Assembly (NCBI GenBank): GCA_964440285.1
Contig: CAYTRV010000004.1
Span: 1 to 30,612, forward strand
From: an uncultured Bifidobacteriaceae bacterium
GTDB lineage: Bacteria; Actinomycetota; Thermoleophilia; Miltoncostaeales; Miltoncostaeaceae
DNA: 30,612 nucleotides
Direction: 5' to 3'
The notes under the pieces: generated by a model
What the model saw: the letters and a program-made list of their open reading frames with translations, nothing else
Database searches by the model: none
What the model was told of the DNA's origin: nothing
Translations under genes and position numbers: made by a program
Part shown: positions 10,005 through 19,286 of the stretch, in pieces
How the letters are laid out: each line of letters starts with the position of its first letter
How positions within the stretch are numbered: position 1 is the stretch's first letter

Positions 10005-10877
10005 ATGGAACTCGCCCTCCGTCTCATCCTGGCGGCCGTTCTCGTGTGGGCCGGCGCGACCAAGGTGCCGAACGGCGCCCGGTTCACCGATGCGCTCGGC
10101 GATCACGGCGTTCCCCGCAACGCACGCAGACCGCTCGCGGTCCTGCTCGGGTTGACCGAGATCGTGATCGCGGCGGTCGTTGCCTCAGGCGTCGCGAACC
10201 ACGCCGCAGGGATCGCCGTCGCCTGCCTCGGCGGGCTCTTCGCCGTCGCCCTCGCCAGGCTGCGACTCCGGGGCAAGCGGCGAACGAGCTGCGGGTGCTT
10301 TGGTGGGAAGCGCTCCGCGAACACGCTCCTGCTCACCGCGCGCGCCGCGGCGCTGGCCGGCCTGGGGTCGGTGCTCGCCCTCGGGGTCCCCGCGATGAAC
10401 ATCGCCCCGGGCGACTCCTGGCAGGCGGTGGCAATCGTGGGGCTGGCCGGGCTCGTCGGCGCCCTCGCCCTGGCCGTGCTCGCCCTCTACCGGCAGGTCG
10501 GCGTCCTGTCGCTCCGCCTCGGCCCGCGCGCCGCCCTCGAACTCGAGGACGAGGGCCCGCCGATCGGGCAGCCGGCGCCGCTTTTGCCAGAGATCACCCG
10601 TCGCGGATCGGAGCTCGTCGCTTTCGTCTCGCTCGACTGCCGCATGTGCATCGAGATCCTCCCCGGCCTCCGGGCCCTCGCACGAGAGGGCGTGCCGGTG
10701 CATTGGCTGCGTGAAGACAAGGACGGCGACGCCTTCGAACGCTGGGGCGTGCCGGGAACCCCGTTCGTGGTGCACCTGATCGACGGCGTGGTGCGCGCCA
10801 AGGGCCTCGTCAACACGCTCGAGCAGATCGACTGGGTCATCGACCTCGGCATCGAGCGGGATCGACTTGCGGCCTGA
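10005..10877 (+). CDS. MauE/DoxX membrane domain fused to a MauD-like thioredoxin-fold domain
   Basis: The N-half resembles MauE (AGATK...E...SCGCFGG). The C-half has GQPAP, CRMC (CxxC), GTP (cis-Pro loop) and AKGLVNT, as in MauD. Confidence 0.8.
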   Translation: MELALRLILAAVLVWAGATKVPNGARFTDALGDHGVPRNARRPLAVLLGLTEIVIAAVVASGVANHAAGIAVACLGGLFAVALARLRLRGKRRTSCGCFGGKRSANTLLLTARAAALAGLGSVLALGVPAMNIAPGDSWQAVAIVGLAGLVGALALAVLALYRQVGVLSLRLGPRAALELEDEGPPIGQPAPLLPEITRRGSELVAFVSLDCRMCIEILPGLRALAREGVPVHWLREDKDGDAFERWGVPGTPFVVHLIDGVVRAKGLVNTLEQIDWVIDLGIERDRLAA

Positions 10878-11484
10878 CCGGCGCTTCGACGACGCCGGCG
10901 AGCGATTCGCTCACCACCTCGCATCGTCGACAACCCGACGGTCGTTCATCGGAGCGCTCGGCGCGGCGCTGCTCGGACTGACCGCCGCCAAGGCCCACGG
11001 CGGCACGCAGCGACCCGTCCCCGGCACCGAGCGGATCGAGGGAGGGTGGTTCGGGTTCTGCGGCCATTACTGGACGACCGGTTCCTGCAGGGGGCCGTAC
11101 CGGCTGCCACGCGTCGATCGCGAAGGCAAGCCCCTGCGGCCGGAGGACGGCCGCCCGGTCGACGACGCCGGCCGGCTGATCAACGACCTCGGTCAGCCGA
11201 TCGACGACGCCGGCAACCGCCTCCTACAACCCAGCGGGCAGCCATTGCCGAGGACCCCGCGCACCCGGCTCTGCCAGGACGGGGTCCGCGACCGCTACAA
11301 GCTTGACGACGCGGTGCTGCAGGGATCGTGGTACCGGTGCTGCAACGGGCAGATCCGCAAACTCTGGGACTGCTGCTCGGCGAGCCGACGGAGGATCAAC
11401 GGCGACACGTCGGTCCGCGGCTACTGCTACGGCAACCGGAAGGTGTTCTGCGTCGTCTACCTCGACACCGGGGTGCCGTGTTGA
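10867..11484 (+). CDS. Tat-exported Cys-rich protein resembling the methylamine dehydrogenase light chain (MauA-like)
   Basis: TTG start overlapping the upstream gene; twin-arginine signal TRRSFI; 10 Cys in the mature part. GSWYRCC, WDCC, GYCYG and VFCVV align by eye to MauA ASWVASC, YRDCC, IWCFG and YHCTI. Flanked by mauE/D- and mauF-like genes. Confidence 0.62.
   Translation: MRPDRRFDDAGERFAHHLASSTTRRSFIGALGAALLGLTAAKAHGGTQRPVPGTERIEGGWFGFCGHYWTTGSCRGPYRLPRVDREGKPLRPEDGRPVDDAGRLINDLGQPIDDAGNRLLQPSGQPLPRTPRTRLCQDGVRDRYKLDDAVLQGSWYRCCNGQIRKLWDCCSASRRRINGDTSVRGYCYGNRKVFCVVYLDTGVPC
11113..11247 (+). repeat. About six degenerate tandem 7-8 aa repeats (DxxGxP[VIL]-like) within the MauA-like protein
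   Basis: VDREGKPL / PEDGRPV / DDAGRLI / NDLGQPI / DDAGNRL / QPSGQPL. Confidence 0.7.
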
Positions 11485-11541
11485 GGACCGGACCGACCGG
11501 GCGCAGCGCCTCACTCCTTCGACCAGCGTCCGGGTGAGCGA

Positions 11542-12918
11542 ATGCCGCTCGCCGAGCTTGGGATCGCAACGGCGGCGCTGATCGCAGGCGTGTCCGGAGC
11601 GTGGTCACCCTGAGGATTCGCAATGGTTGAGACCCTCACCCCCGCAGGCTGCGGGGGCCGGCGACGACAAGCGGCCGCGATGCTCCTGTTCTCACTCGGA
11701 GCCGTCGGGGCGGCGGCGGGGCTTGGCGGGCTCCTCGGCCTGACCGGTCGAGCCCTCCCCACCAGGTGGGCCCTCGCCCTGGCGGTGACGCTCGCGCTGC
11801 TCGGCGCGCTGCGCGAAGCCGGCATCGTGCGCGTCCCCCTCCCGGATCTGCGACGTCAGGTGCCGGAACGATGGCGACGCGACAAGCCACTCGCGCTGTG
11901 GAGCACCGGATACGGCGCGATCCTGGGTGCCGGCGTCGGGACCTTCCAGCCGGTCGCGACGTTCTGGGTCGCCTGTGCGGGCGCGGCGGCCCTCGGACGC
12001 CCGGCGGTCGCTGCCCTCTGCCTCGCACCGTTCGGCCTCGGGCGGGCGCTGATGGTCGCGTTCCCCGGCGACGATCCGCTGCACCGGCTGGCGGGAGCGC
12101 ACCGCATGCTGCGACCGGTCAACGCCGCGACTCTGCTCGCATTCGCCCTGCTCCTCGCGCCGTCGATCGCATTCGCGGGAGCTCCGGCCCTGCCGACCGG
12201 GCAGCGGGATCCCTCCGTCTCGAAGAACGTGATCGCGTACACCGACGCGATGGACGGCACGACCAACGTCGTGGTGCTGGAGAACGGCGCGGCACCCGTC
12301 GTGTTCTCGGGTGGGCGGCTCCCGGCGTTGAGCGGTGACGTGCTGGCCTACGTCGATGACGCCGGGATTCGCGTCGTCCTCTGGCGCACCGGCCAGGAGG
12401 TCGCCCGCGTCGGTGGAGGCGTCGACAAGCCCGCGCTGTCGGGTCCCCGGCTGGCGTTCGTGGAGACCATCGGCGCACGGAAGCGCCTCGTCGTGCGGAA
12501 CATTGGGACCGGCAGCGTCCGGGTGGTCGCGCGGGCCGGCCCCGCGGTGGACCTCGGGCGCCCGTCCCTTCTGGGGCAGCTCATCGCATGGCACGAGTCC
12601 GGCGGCGACCGCAACCGCCTGCTCCTGCGGTCGCTCACCGGCGGCCCGACACGGATCATCGCGAGCGGATCCCGCTCGGGCCTGCACGCGAATCCGACCC
12701 TGGCGCTCCCCTACATCGCCTGGATCGAGAGCCGTGCGGAGCATTCGGCGGTTCTGCTGCGCAAGCTGCCGAACGGGGCGGTGCGACGCGTCGCGAGCAC
12801 GAGCGGGCCCGTCTTCCACTACTGGAACACCGCGATCGAATCCGGGAGGGTTTGGGTGACCCGCTGGTCCCTCGGGTCGAATCGCTCGAGGATCCTGGCG
12901 TACCGCTGGGCACGATGA
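11542..12918 (+). CDS. MauF-like (DsbD/CcdA-related) membrane protein with probable selenocysteine at codon 24, fused to a C-terminal beta-propeller
   Basis: ATG at 11542 is in frame with ORF 11623-12918 through a single TGA (11611-11613): MPLAELGIATAALIAGVSGAWSP*GFAMVETLTP, matching the WSPCG-type motif of MauF-like proteins. Also RRQVPERW and YGAILGAGVGT. Six P-x-L-S-G-x-x-(L/I)-A-(Y/F/W)-like repeats occur in the C-half. Confidence 0.75.
11611..11657 (+). promoter_or_regulatory. In-frame UGA plus putative bacterial SECIS element
   Basis: UGA, an 11-nt spacer, then GGU-U(bulge)-GAG-ACC-CUC-ACC (11625-11640), the same spacing and bulged-U geometry as the E. coli fdhF SECIS. A second hairpin, CCCGCA-GGC-UGCGGG, follows immediately. 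Confidence 0.65.
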
Positions 12919-12930
12919 CTCGAGCCGCCC

Positions 12931-12936
12931 TATCGT
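12931..12936 (+). promoter_or_regulatory. -10 element (TATCGT), leaderless transcript
   Basis: TANNNT lies 6 nt before the GTG at 12943; no SD. Confidence 0.5.
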
Positions 12937-12942
12937 AGGTGC

Positions 12943-14031
12943 GTGGCCCGGTCGCTCACCACCCCGCTGTGCGACCTGCTCGGCATCAGGTACCCGATCC
13001 TCCTCGCGGGCATGGCCGGGGGACCGACGACGCCGGAGCTCGTCGCCGCGGTGAGCGACGCCGGCGGTCTCGGGACGTTCGGCGCCAACGGGATGCGCCT
13101 CGACACGCTCCGTGCCGCGGTGCGCCGGGCCCGGGAGCTCACGAACGCGCCGATCGCCGTGAACGTCCTGCTCGCGCCGCCGCGTGCGGCCACAAGCGAG
13201 CCTGAGACGCTGCGAGCCGCGCTGGCGCCCGTCCGGTCGGAGCTTGGCCTCGGTCCCGAGCCGCCCGCGGCTGCACCTCCGCCCACGCCGATCGAGTTGA
13301 TCGGGGCCGCGCTCGAGGAAGGCGCCACAGTCGTCAGCAGCGGCCTCGGCGACCCGGCGCCGCTCGTCCCGCTCGCGCGTGCCGCCGGGGCGCCGGTCCT
13401 TGCGATGGTGGCGACGGTCGCCGACGCGCGCCGGGCGGCGGCCTCCGGCGCCGACGTGATCGTCGCCCAGGGGGCGGAGGCCGGCGGACACCGATCGAAC
13501 TTCGAGGTGCCGGAATCGGGACCACCGGCGCTCGTGGGCACGATGGCGCTCGTCCCGCAGGTCGTGGCGGCCGTCGACGTGCCGGTCGTCGCGGCCGGCG
13601 GAATCATGAACGGCGGAGGCCTGGTCGCAGCCCTCGCACTCGGCGCCCAGGGCGCACAGCTCGGCACACGGTTCCTCCGGACGGTCGAGAGTGGGGCGAA
13701 CGCCGGCTACCGCGAGCGGGTCGGGCATGCGGCGGACACCGACACCGAGATCATCACGGCGTTCTCGGGACGCCCGGCGCGGGGCCTTCGCAACCGGATG
13801 CTCGACACCCTCGAGGCGGCGGGCTCGCCGTCAATCGGCTGGCCGCGTCAGGCCGCGGCCTGGGCCGACGTCCGCGAAGAATCCGATCGCCGCGGAACCG
13901 GCGACTTCATCTCGCTCTGGGCCGGCCAGGCGGCGGGCCTCGCCGGACCCGAGATCGGGGCCGGCGCCGTCGTGGACGAGATCATCGCCGAGGCGGCTGC
14001 GACGCTCACCCGGCTGAACCTCCTCCCGTAG
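12943..14031 (+). CDS. Nitronate monooxygenase family (YrpB-like FMN oxidoreductase)
   Basis: YPILLAGMAGG, VSDAGGLG, IVAQGAEAGGHR, VVAAGGI, AQLGTRF and LWAGQ. Confidence 0.9.
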   Translation: MARSLTTPLCDLLGIRYPILLAGMAGGPTTPELVAAVSDAGGLGTFGANGMRLDTLRAAVRRARELTNAPIAVNVLLAPPRAATSEPETLRAALAPVRSELGLGPEPPAAAPPPTPIELIGAALEEGATVVSSGLGDPAPLVPLARAAGAPVLAMVATVADARRAAASGADVIVAQGAEAGGHRSNFEVPESGPPALVGTMALVPQVVAAVDVPVVAAGGIMNGGGLVAALALGAQGAQLGTRFLRTVESGANAGYRERVGHAADTDTEIITAFSGRPARGLRNRMLDTLEAAGSPSIGWPRQAAAWADVREESDRRGTGDFISLWAGQAAGLAGPEIGAGAVVDEIIAEAAATLTRLNLLP

Positions 14032-14602
14032 TCGACGCGCCCCGGGCATTGCGACGACCCCACACGGTCGGACGCATGAGCGCCAGCACCTTGGTGACCG
14101 TGTTCCAGTTGCGAGCGGTGGCGACGGTGCCCAGGTCGAGTTTCAATCTCGATCGCCCTGACCCGTTGGGATAGTGCACATAGACGTGGCGTCCGTCGAC
14201 GACGAACTCGTCGGGAGGCGACTGCGCAGGGTCGAGTCCGGCCACGATCTCAGGGGCGGGCGCGTTGGCCAGGAACACCACGTGGAGCCAGGCGGGGTTC
14301 TGCACGCCTTCGTGGAACGGGTTGCGCGACACGACCTCGCTCATCTCGCCGGCCCGGCGCAGCACGAACGGCGCTGCGAAGCCGAACTGCGCTTCGAAGC
14401 CGCGCTCGAGCTCGGCGCCGATAAGCGCAAAGTCCGTGGTGCCCGACTCGAACAGCACGTTGCCGCTCTGAACCAGGGTCGCCGCACCGGGGTAGCCGAG
14501 CTCGGCGAAGAGGTTGCGCAGATCGGCCATCGCGACGCGGTGATGGCCGCCGACGTTGATCCCGCGCAGGAACGCGACCGAGTCCGGTGTCATCACTGCC
14601 AT
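14006..14602 (-). CDS. DUF1697 family protein
   Basis: AFLRGINVGG, VQSGNVLF and TARNWNTV. Start could be 14602 or 14593. Confidence 0.85.
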   Translation of the reverse strand: MAVMTPDSVAFLRGINVGGHHRVAMADLRNLFAELGYPGAATLVQSGNVLFESGTTDFALIGAELERGFEAQFGFAAPFVLRRAGEMSEVVSRNPFHEGVQNPAWLHVVFLANAPAPEIVAGLDPAQSPPDEFVVDGRHVYVHYPNGSGRSRLKLDLGTVATARNWNTVTKVLALMRPTVWGRRNARGASTTGGGSAG

Positions 14603-14672
14603 CGCCGCCGGTGGCGCCCTCGGCGGTCATTTGGCCGAGACGTCGGTGGCCAATTGGCCGAATGCACGATGC

Positions 14673-16169
14673 CTACTCGACCAGCGAGGTGCCGGTCATC
14701 GCCGGGGAGGGGTCCCAGCCCACGAGCGAGCACAGCGTCGGCGCGACGTCTCCGAGCTTGCCCTCGCCGAGCCGCAAGCCGGGGCGATCGATCCAGAGCG
14801 GCACCGGGTTCGTGGTGTGCGCCGTGTTCGGGCTCCCGTCGGGTTCGAGCATCACCTCCGAGTTGCCGTGATCGGCCGTCACGGCGAGCAGCCCGCCGGC
14901 GCCGGCCACCGCGGCGCGGATGTCGCCCATGCACGCGTCCACGGCCTCGATGCCGGCGACGGCCGCCGGGATGACCCCGGTGTGCCCGACCATGTCGGCG
15001 TTCGCGAAGTTCACCACGACGAACGGGGGCGGCGCGGGCGCGGTGAGCCGCTCCACCAGCGCGCCGCGGACGCCGTCGGCGCTCATCTGCGGCGCCTGGT
15101 CGTAGGTCGCGACGTGCTGCGGGGACTGAACCAGGATCCGCTCCTCACCGTCGAACGGCTCCTCGCGGCCGCCGTTGAAGAAGTACGTGACATGCGCGTA
15201 CTTCTCCGTCTCGGCGACGTGCAGCTGGGTGAGGCCCATGCCGCTCACGTGCTCGGCGAGGCCCTGCCGGACATCCCGGGCCTCGAACGCGACCGGATAG
15301 GTCCACTCCGAGCGGTAGCGCGTCATCGTCAGGAGGACGGGTGTGGCCCGGTCACCCCGATCGAAGCCATCGAACGCCGGCTCGCCGAGCGCCTGGGTGA
15401 GCTGCCGCGCCCGATCCGGGCGGAAGTTCCAGTAGACGACTGCGTCGCCGTCGCGCACGCGACCGGCGGCGGGGTCGCCGACGACGAAGGGCTCGACGAA
15501 CTCGTCACTGACCCCGCGCGCGTAGCTCGCCCGGATGGCGTCAACGGCACGCTCGGCGTGTTCGCCCACACCGTGGACGATCGCGTCGTAGGCGCGTTTC
15601 GTACGGTCCCACCGCCTGTCGCGGTCCATTGCCCAGTAGCGACCGCAGACCGTCGCGACGGTGACACCGCCCCCCTCGAGCGCCTCTACGAACGCGAGCG
15701 CCGAGTCGGGGCGGGTGTCGCGCCCGTCGGTGAGCGCGTGGACGTAGACCCGCTCGACCCCTGATCGCTCTGCGAGGTCGAGGAGCGCCGCGAGATGGCG
15801 CTGGCTCGCGTGTACGCCCCCGTCGCCGATCAGGCCGATCAGGTGAAGGGCCGTTCGGCGCGCGACGTCCATCGACTGGGCGACGGCGGGGATGCGGTCG
15901 AACGATCCGTCGGCGATCGCCTCGTCGATCCGCACGAGCATCTGGGGCACGCGGCGCCCCGCTCCGAGGTTGAGGTGCCCGACCTCGGAGTTGCCCTGCT
16001 GGCCGTCCGGGAGGCCGACCGGGAGGCCGGAGGCGTGGAGTCGCGACGCCGACCCCTCACGGGCCAACGCGTCGAGGTTCGGGGTCGGGGCGAGGCTCAC
16101 CGCGTTGCCCGGCCCCGGCGGGGCGATCCCGAACCCGTCGATGACGACCAGTACGAGCGGACCGCTCAT
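14673..16169 (-). CDS. gpmI: 2,3-bisphosphoglycerate-independent phosphoglycerate mutase
   Basis: IDGFG, GNSEVGHLNLGAGR, GGVH, GRYWAMDRD, AETEKYAHVTYFFNGG, NADMVGHTG and ADHGNSE. Confidence 0.96.
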   Translation of the reverse strand: MSGPLVLVVIDGFGIAPPGPGNAVSLAPTPNLDALAREGSASRLHASGLPVGLPDGQQGNSEVGHLNLGAGRRVPQMLVRIDEAIADGSFDRIPAVAQSMDVARRTALHLIGLIGDGGVHASQRHLAALLDLAERSGVERVYVHALTDGRDTRPDSALAFVEALEGGGVTVATVCGRYWAMDRDRRWDRTKRAYDAIVHGVGEHAERAVDAIRASYARGVSDEFVEPFVVGDPAAGRVRDGDAVVYWNFRPDRARQLTQALGEPAFDGFDRGDRATPVLLTMTRYRSEWTYPVAFEARDVRQGLAEHVSGMGLTQLHVAETEKYAHVTYFFNGGREEPFDGEERILVQSPQHVATYDQAPQMSADGVRGALVERLTAPAPPPFVVVNFANADMVGHTGVIPAAVAGIEAVDACMGDIRAAVAGAGGLLAVTADHGNSEVMLEPDGSPNTAHTTNPVPLWIDRPGLRLGEGKLGDVAPTLCSLVGWDPSPAMTGTSLVE

Positions 16170-16175
16170 GGTGAC

Positions 16176-16931
16176 TCACGCCGCCGCGACGATGCGGGCG
16201 AACGACTCCGGATCGAGGCTCGCTCCACCCACCAGCGCGCCGTCGACGTCGGGCTGCGCCAGCAGCTCGGCCGCGTTGTCCGGGGTGACGCTCCCGCCGT
16301 AGAGCACGCGAAGCCGCTCGGCGTCGACGAGCCCGCCGCCGACGGCTCGAACGTGCGCGCACGCCTCCTGCGCCTGAGCCGGACTCGCGGTCCGCCCGGT
16401 TCCGATCGCCCAGATCGGCTCGTAGGCGATCGCGAGGCGATCCACCTCGCCCGCCTGCACCGCGGCCAGTGCCGCCCGCACCTGCCCGGCAAGCCACGGG
16501 AGGGTCTCGCCGCCGTCACGCTGCGCGAGCGACTCGCCGACGCACAGGATGACGGCGAGATCGTGGTCGAGAGCGGCGCGGACCCGGACCGCGACCTGGG
16601 CATCGGTCTCCCCCGCCGCCCGGCGCTCCGAGTGGCCGACGATCGACCCGCGTGCCCCGGTCGCGGCGATCATCGTCGCCGACACCTCACCGGTGTACGC
16701 ACCCCACTCCGCTTCGTGAACCGCCTGGGCGGCCACCCAGATCGCGCTTCCGGCCAGCGCGAACGCCGCGGCCTCGAGGGCGGTGAACGGCGGGCAGATC
16801 GCGACCTCGGCCCCGCGATCCGGATGACCCTCCAGGACCGCCCTCAGACGCTCGCAGTAGGCGCGCGCCTCGGGCCCGGTCTTGTTCATCTTCCAGTTGC
16901 CCGCAACGAGCGGGCGCCGGGTGACGCTCAT
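16176..16931 (-). CDS. tpiA: Triosephosphate isomerase
   Basis: AGNWKMN, VGHSERR, AYEPIWAIGTG, YGGSV and LVGGASL. Confidence 0.97.
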   Translation of the reverse strand: MSVTRRPLVAGNWKMNKTGPEARAYCERLRAVLEGHPDRGAEVAICPPFTALEAAAFALAGSAIWVAAQAVHEAEWGAYTGEVSATMIAATGARGSIVGHSERRAAGETDAQVAVRVRAALDHDLAVILCVGESLAQRDGGETLPWLAGQVRAALAAVQAGEVDRLAIAYEPIWAIGTGRTASPAQAQEACAHVRAVGGGLVDAERLRVLYGGSVTPDNAAELLAQPDVDGALVGGASLDPESFARIVAAA

Positions 16932-18121
16932 ATGACCGCCAGGGCTGCGACACCGGGCAGCACCCGCCCCTCGAGCAGCTCGAGCGCGGCGCCGCCGCCG
17001 GTGCTGACGTGGGTCAGCCGGTCCTCAAGTCCGAGCTGCGCCAGCGCCGCCCCCGAATCGCCTCCCCCGGCGACCGTGACCGCGGGGGTCGCGGCCATCG
17101 CATGGGCGATCGCACTGGTCCCGTCGGCGAACGGCGGGATCTCGAACGCGCCCATCGGTCCGTTCCAGAACACCGTTCGCGCCGTCGCGATGACCTCGGT
17201 GTACGCAGCCGCCGTGCGGGGACCGATGTCGACACCCATCCCCCAGTTCGGGATCGCGTCGCTGGGCACCACCTCGATCTCCGCGCCGGCGTCGAGACGA
17301 TCGGCGATCAGGATGTCCACAGGAAGCTGCAGCGTGCAGTTGACGCGCCCGGACCGCTCCAACAGACCGTGCGCCAGCCGCTGGGCGTCGGGCCCCTCGT
17401 GGAGCGAGCGCCCCACCGGGTCGCCGAGCGCCGCCAGGAACGTGAAGCACATCGCTCCGCCGATCAGGATCCGGTCGCAGCGCTCGAGGAGGTGCTCGAT
17501 GAGCGGGAGCTTGTCGGACACCTTCGCGCCGCCGAGCACGGCGACGAACGGCGTGGCGGGTCGCTGCAGCAGCCCCGTCAGCACCTCCACCTCGCGGGAC
17601 ATGAGGAGGCCTGCGCACGCCGGCAGTCTGCGGGCGACGCCCTCTGTCGACGCGTGCGCCCGATGGGCGGCACCGAAGGCGTCGTTGACGTAGTGCGTGA
17701 GCCCGGCCGCGAGCTGGTCGGCGAACGCCGGGTCGTTCGCCTCCTCGCCGGCGTGGAAGCGGAGATTCTCGAGCAGCACGACCTCCCCGGGACGGAGCGA
17801 CTCGACCCGAGCGTGCACGGCGTCACCCACACAGTCGGGGAGAAGCTCCACCGGGCGGCCGAGCAGCTCACCCAGCCGGGCCGCGCACGGCGCCAGCGAC
17901 AGCTCGGGCGCGACGGCGCCCTTCGGCCTCCCGAGATGCGAGCAGACCGCCACCGAAGCGCCGGCGTCGAGCAGGTGACGGATCGTCGGCACGGAGGCGG
18001 CGATCCGCGCGTCGTCGGCGACCCTTCCGTCTGCGAGGGGCACGTTCAGGTCGGCGCGCACGAGCACCCGGGCGCCCGACCAGGCGTGGCCGACGTGCGC
18101 GACGTCGATGAGCGTCGGCAT
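16928..18121 (-). CDS. pgk: Phosphoglycerate kinase
   Basis: VRADLNVP, SHLGRPKG, LENLRF, DAFGAAHRAHAS, LGGAKVSDK, WNGPMG and STGGGA. ATG at 18121 follows GAAGGA. Confidence 0.97.
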   Translation of the reverse strand: MPTLIDVAHVGHAWSGARVLVRADLNVPLADGRVADDARIAASVPTIRHLLDAGASVAVCSHLGRPKGAVAPELSLAPCAARLGELLGRPVELLPDCVGDAVHARVESLRPGEVVLLENLRFHAGEEANDPAFADQLAAGLTHYVNDAFGAAHRAHASTEGVARRLPACAGLLMSREVEVLTGLLQRPATPFVAVLGGAKVSDKLPLIEHLLERCDRILIGGAMCFTFLAALGDPVGRSLHEGPDAQRLAHGLLERSGRVNCTLQLPVDILIADRLDAGAEIEVVPSDAIPNWGMGVDIGPRTAAAYTEVIATARTVFWNGPMGAFEIPPFADGTSAIAHAMAATPAVTVAGGGDSGAALAQLGLEDRLTHVSTGGGAALELLEGRVLPGVAALAVI

Positions 18122-18131
18122 TCCTTCGTGC

Positions 18132-19286
<1,155 letters not shown>

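Noticed and set aside
11482-11541. The TGA ending the MauA-like gene (PC-TGA) is in frame with the downstream MauF-like gene, suggesting a second Sec or a read-through fusion
   Set aside because: A shared frame has a 1-in-3 chance, the linker is low-complexity, the only nearby hairpin is a weak 4-bp stem, and a Tat-exported protein fused to a polytopic membrane protein is implausible. Treated as a true stop.
14006-14031. 26-bp convergent overlap of the nitronate monooxygenase and DUF1697 genes
   Set aside because: Short tail-to-tail overlaps are common in high-GC genomes; no sign of function.
14648-14659. Perfect 12-bp palindrome GGCCAATTGGCC upstream of the DUF1697 gene
   Set aside because: Single occurrence, no associated promoter or regulator identified; could be chance.
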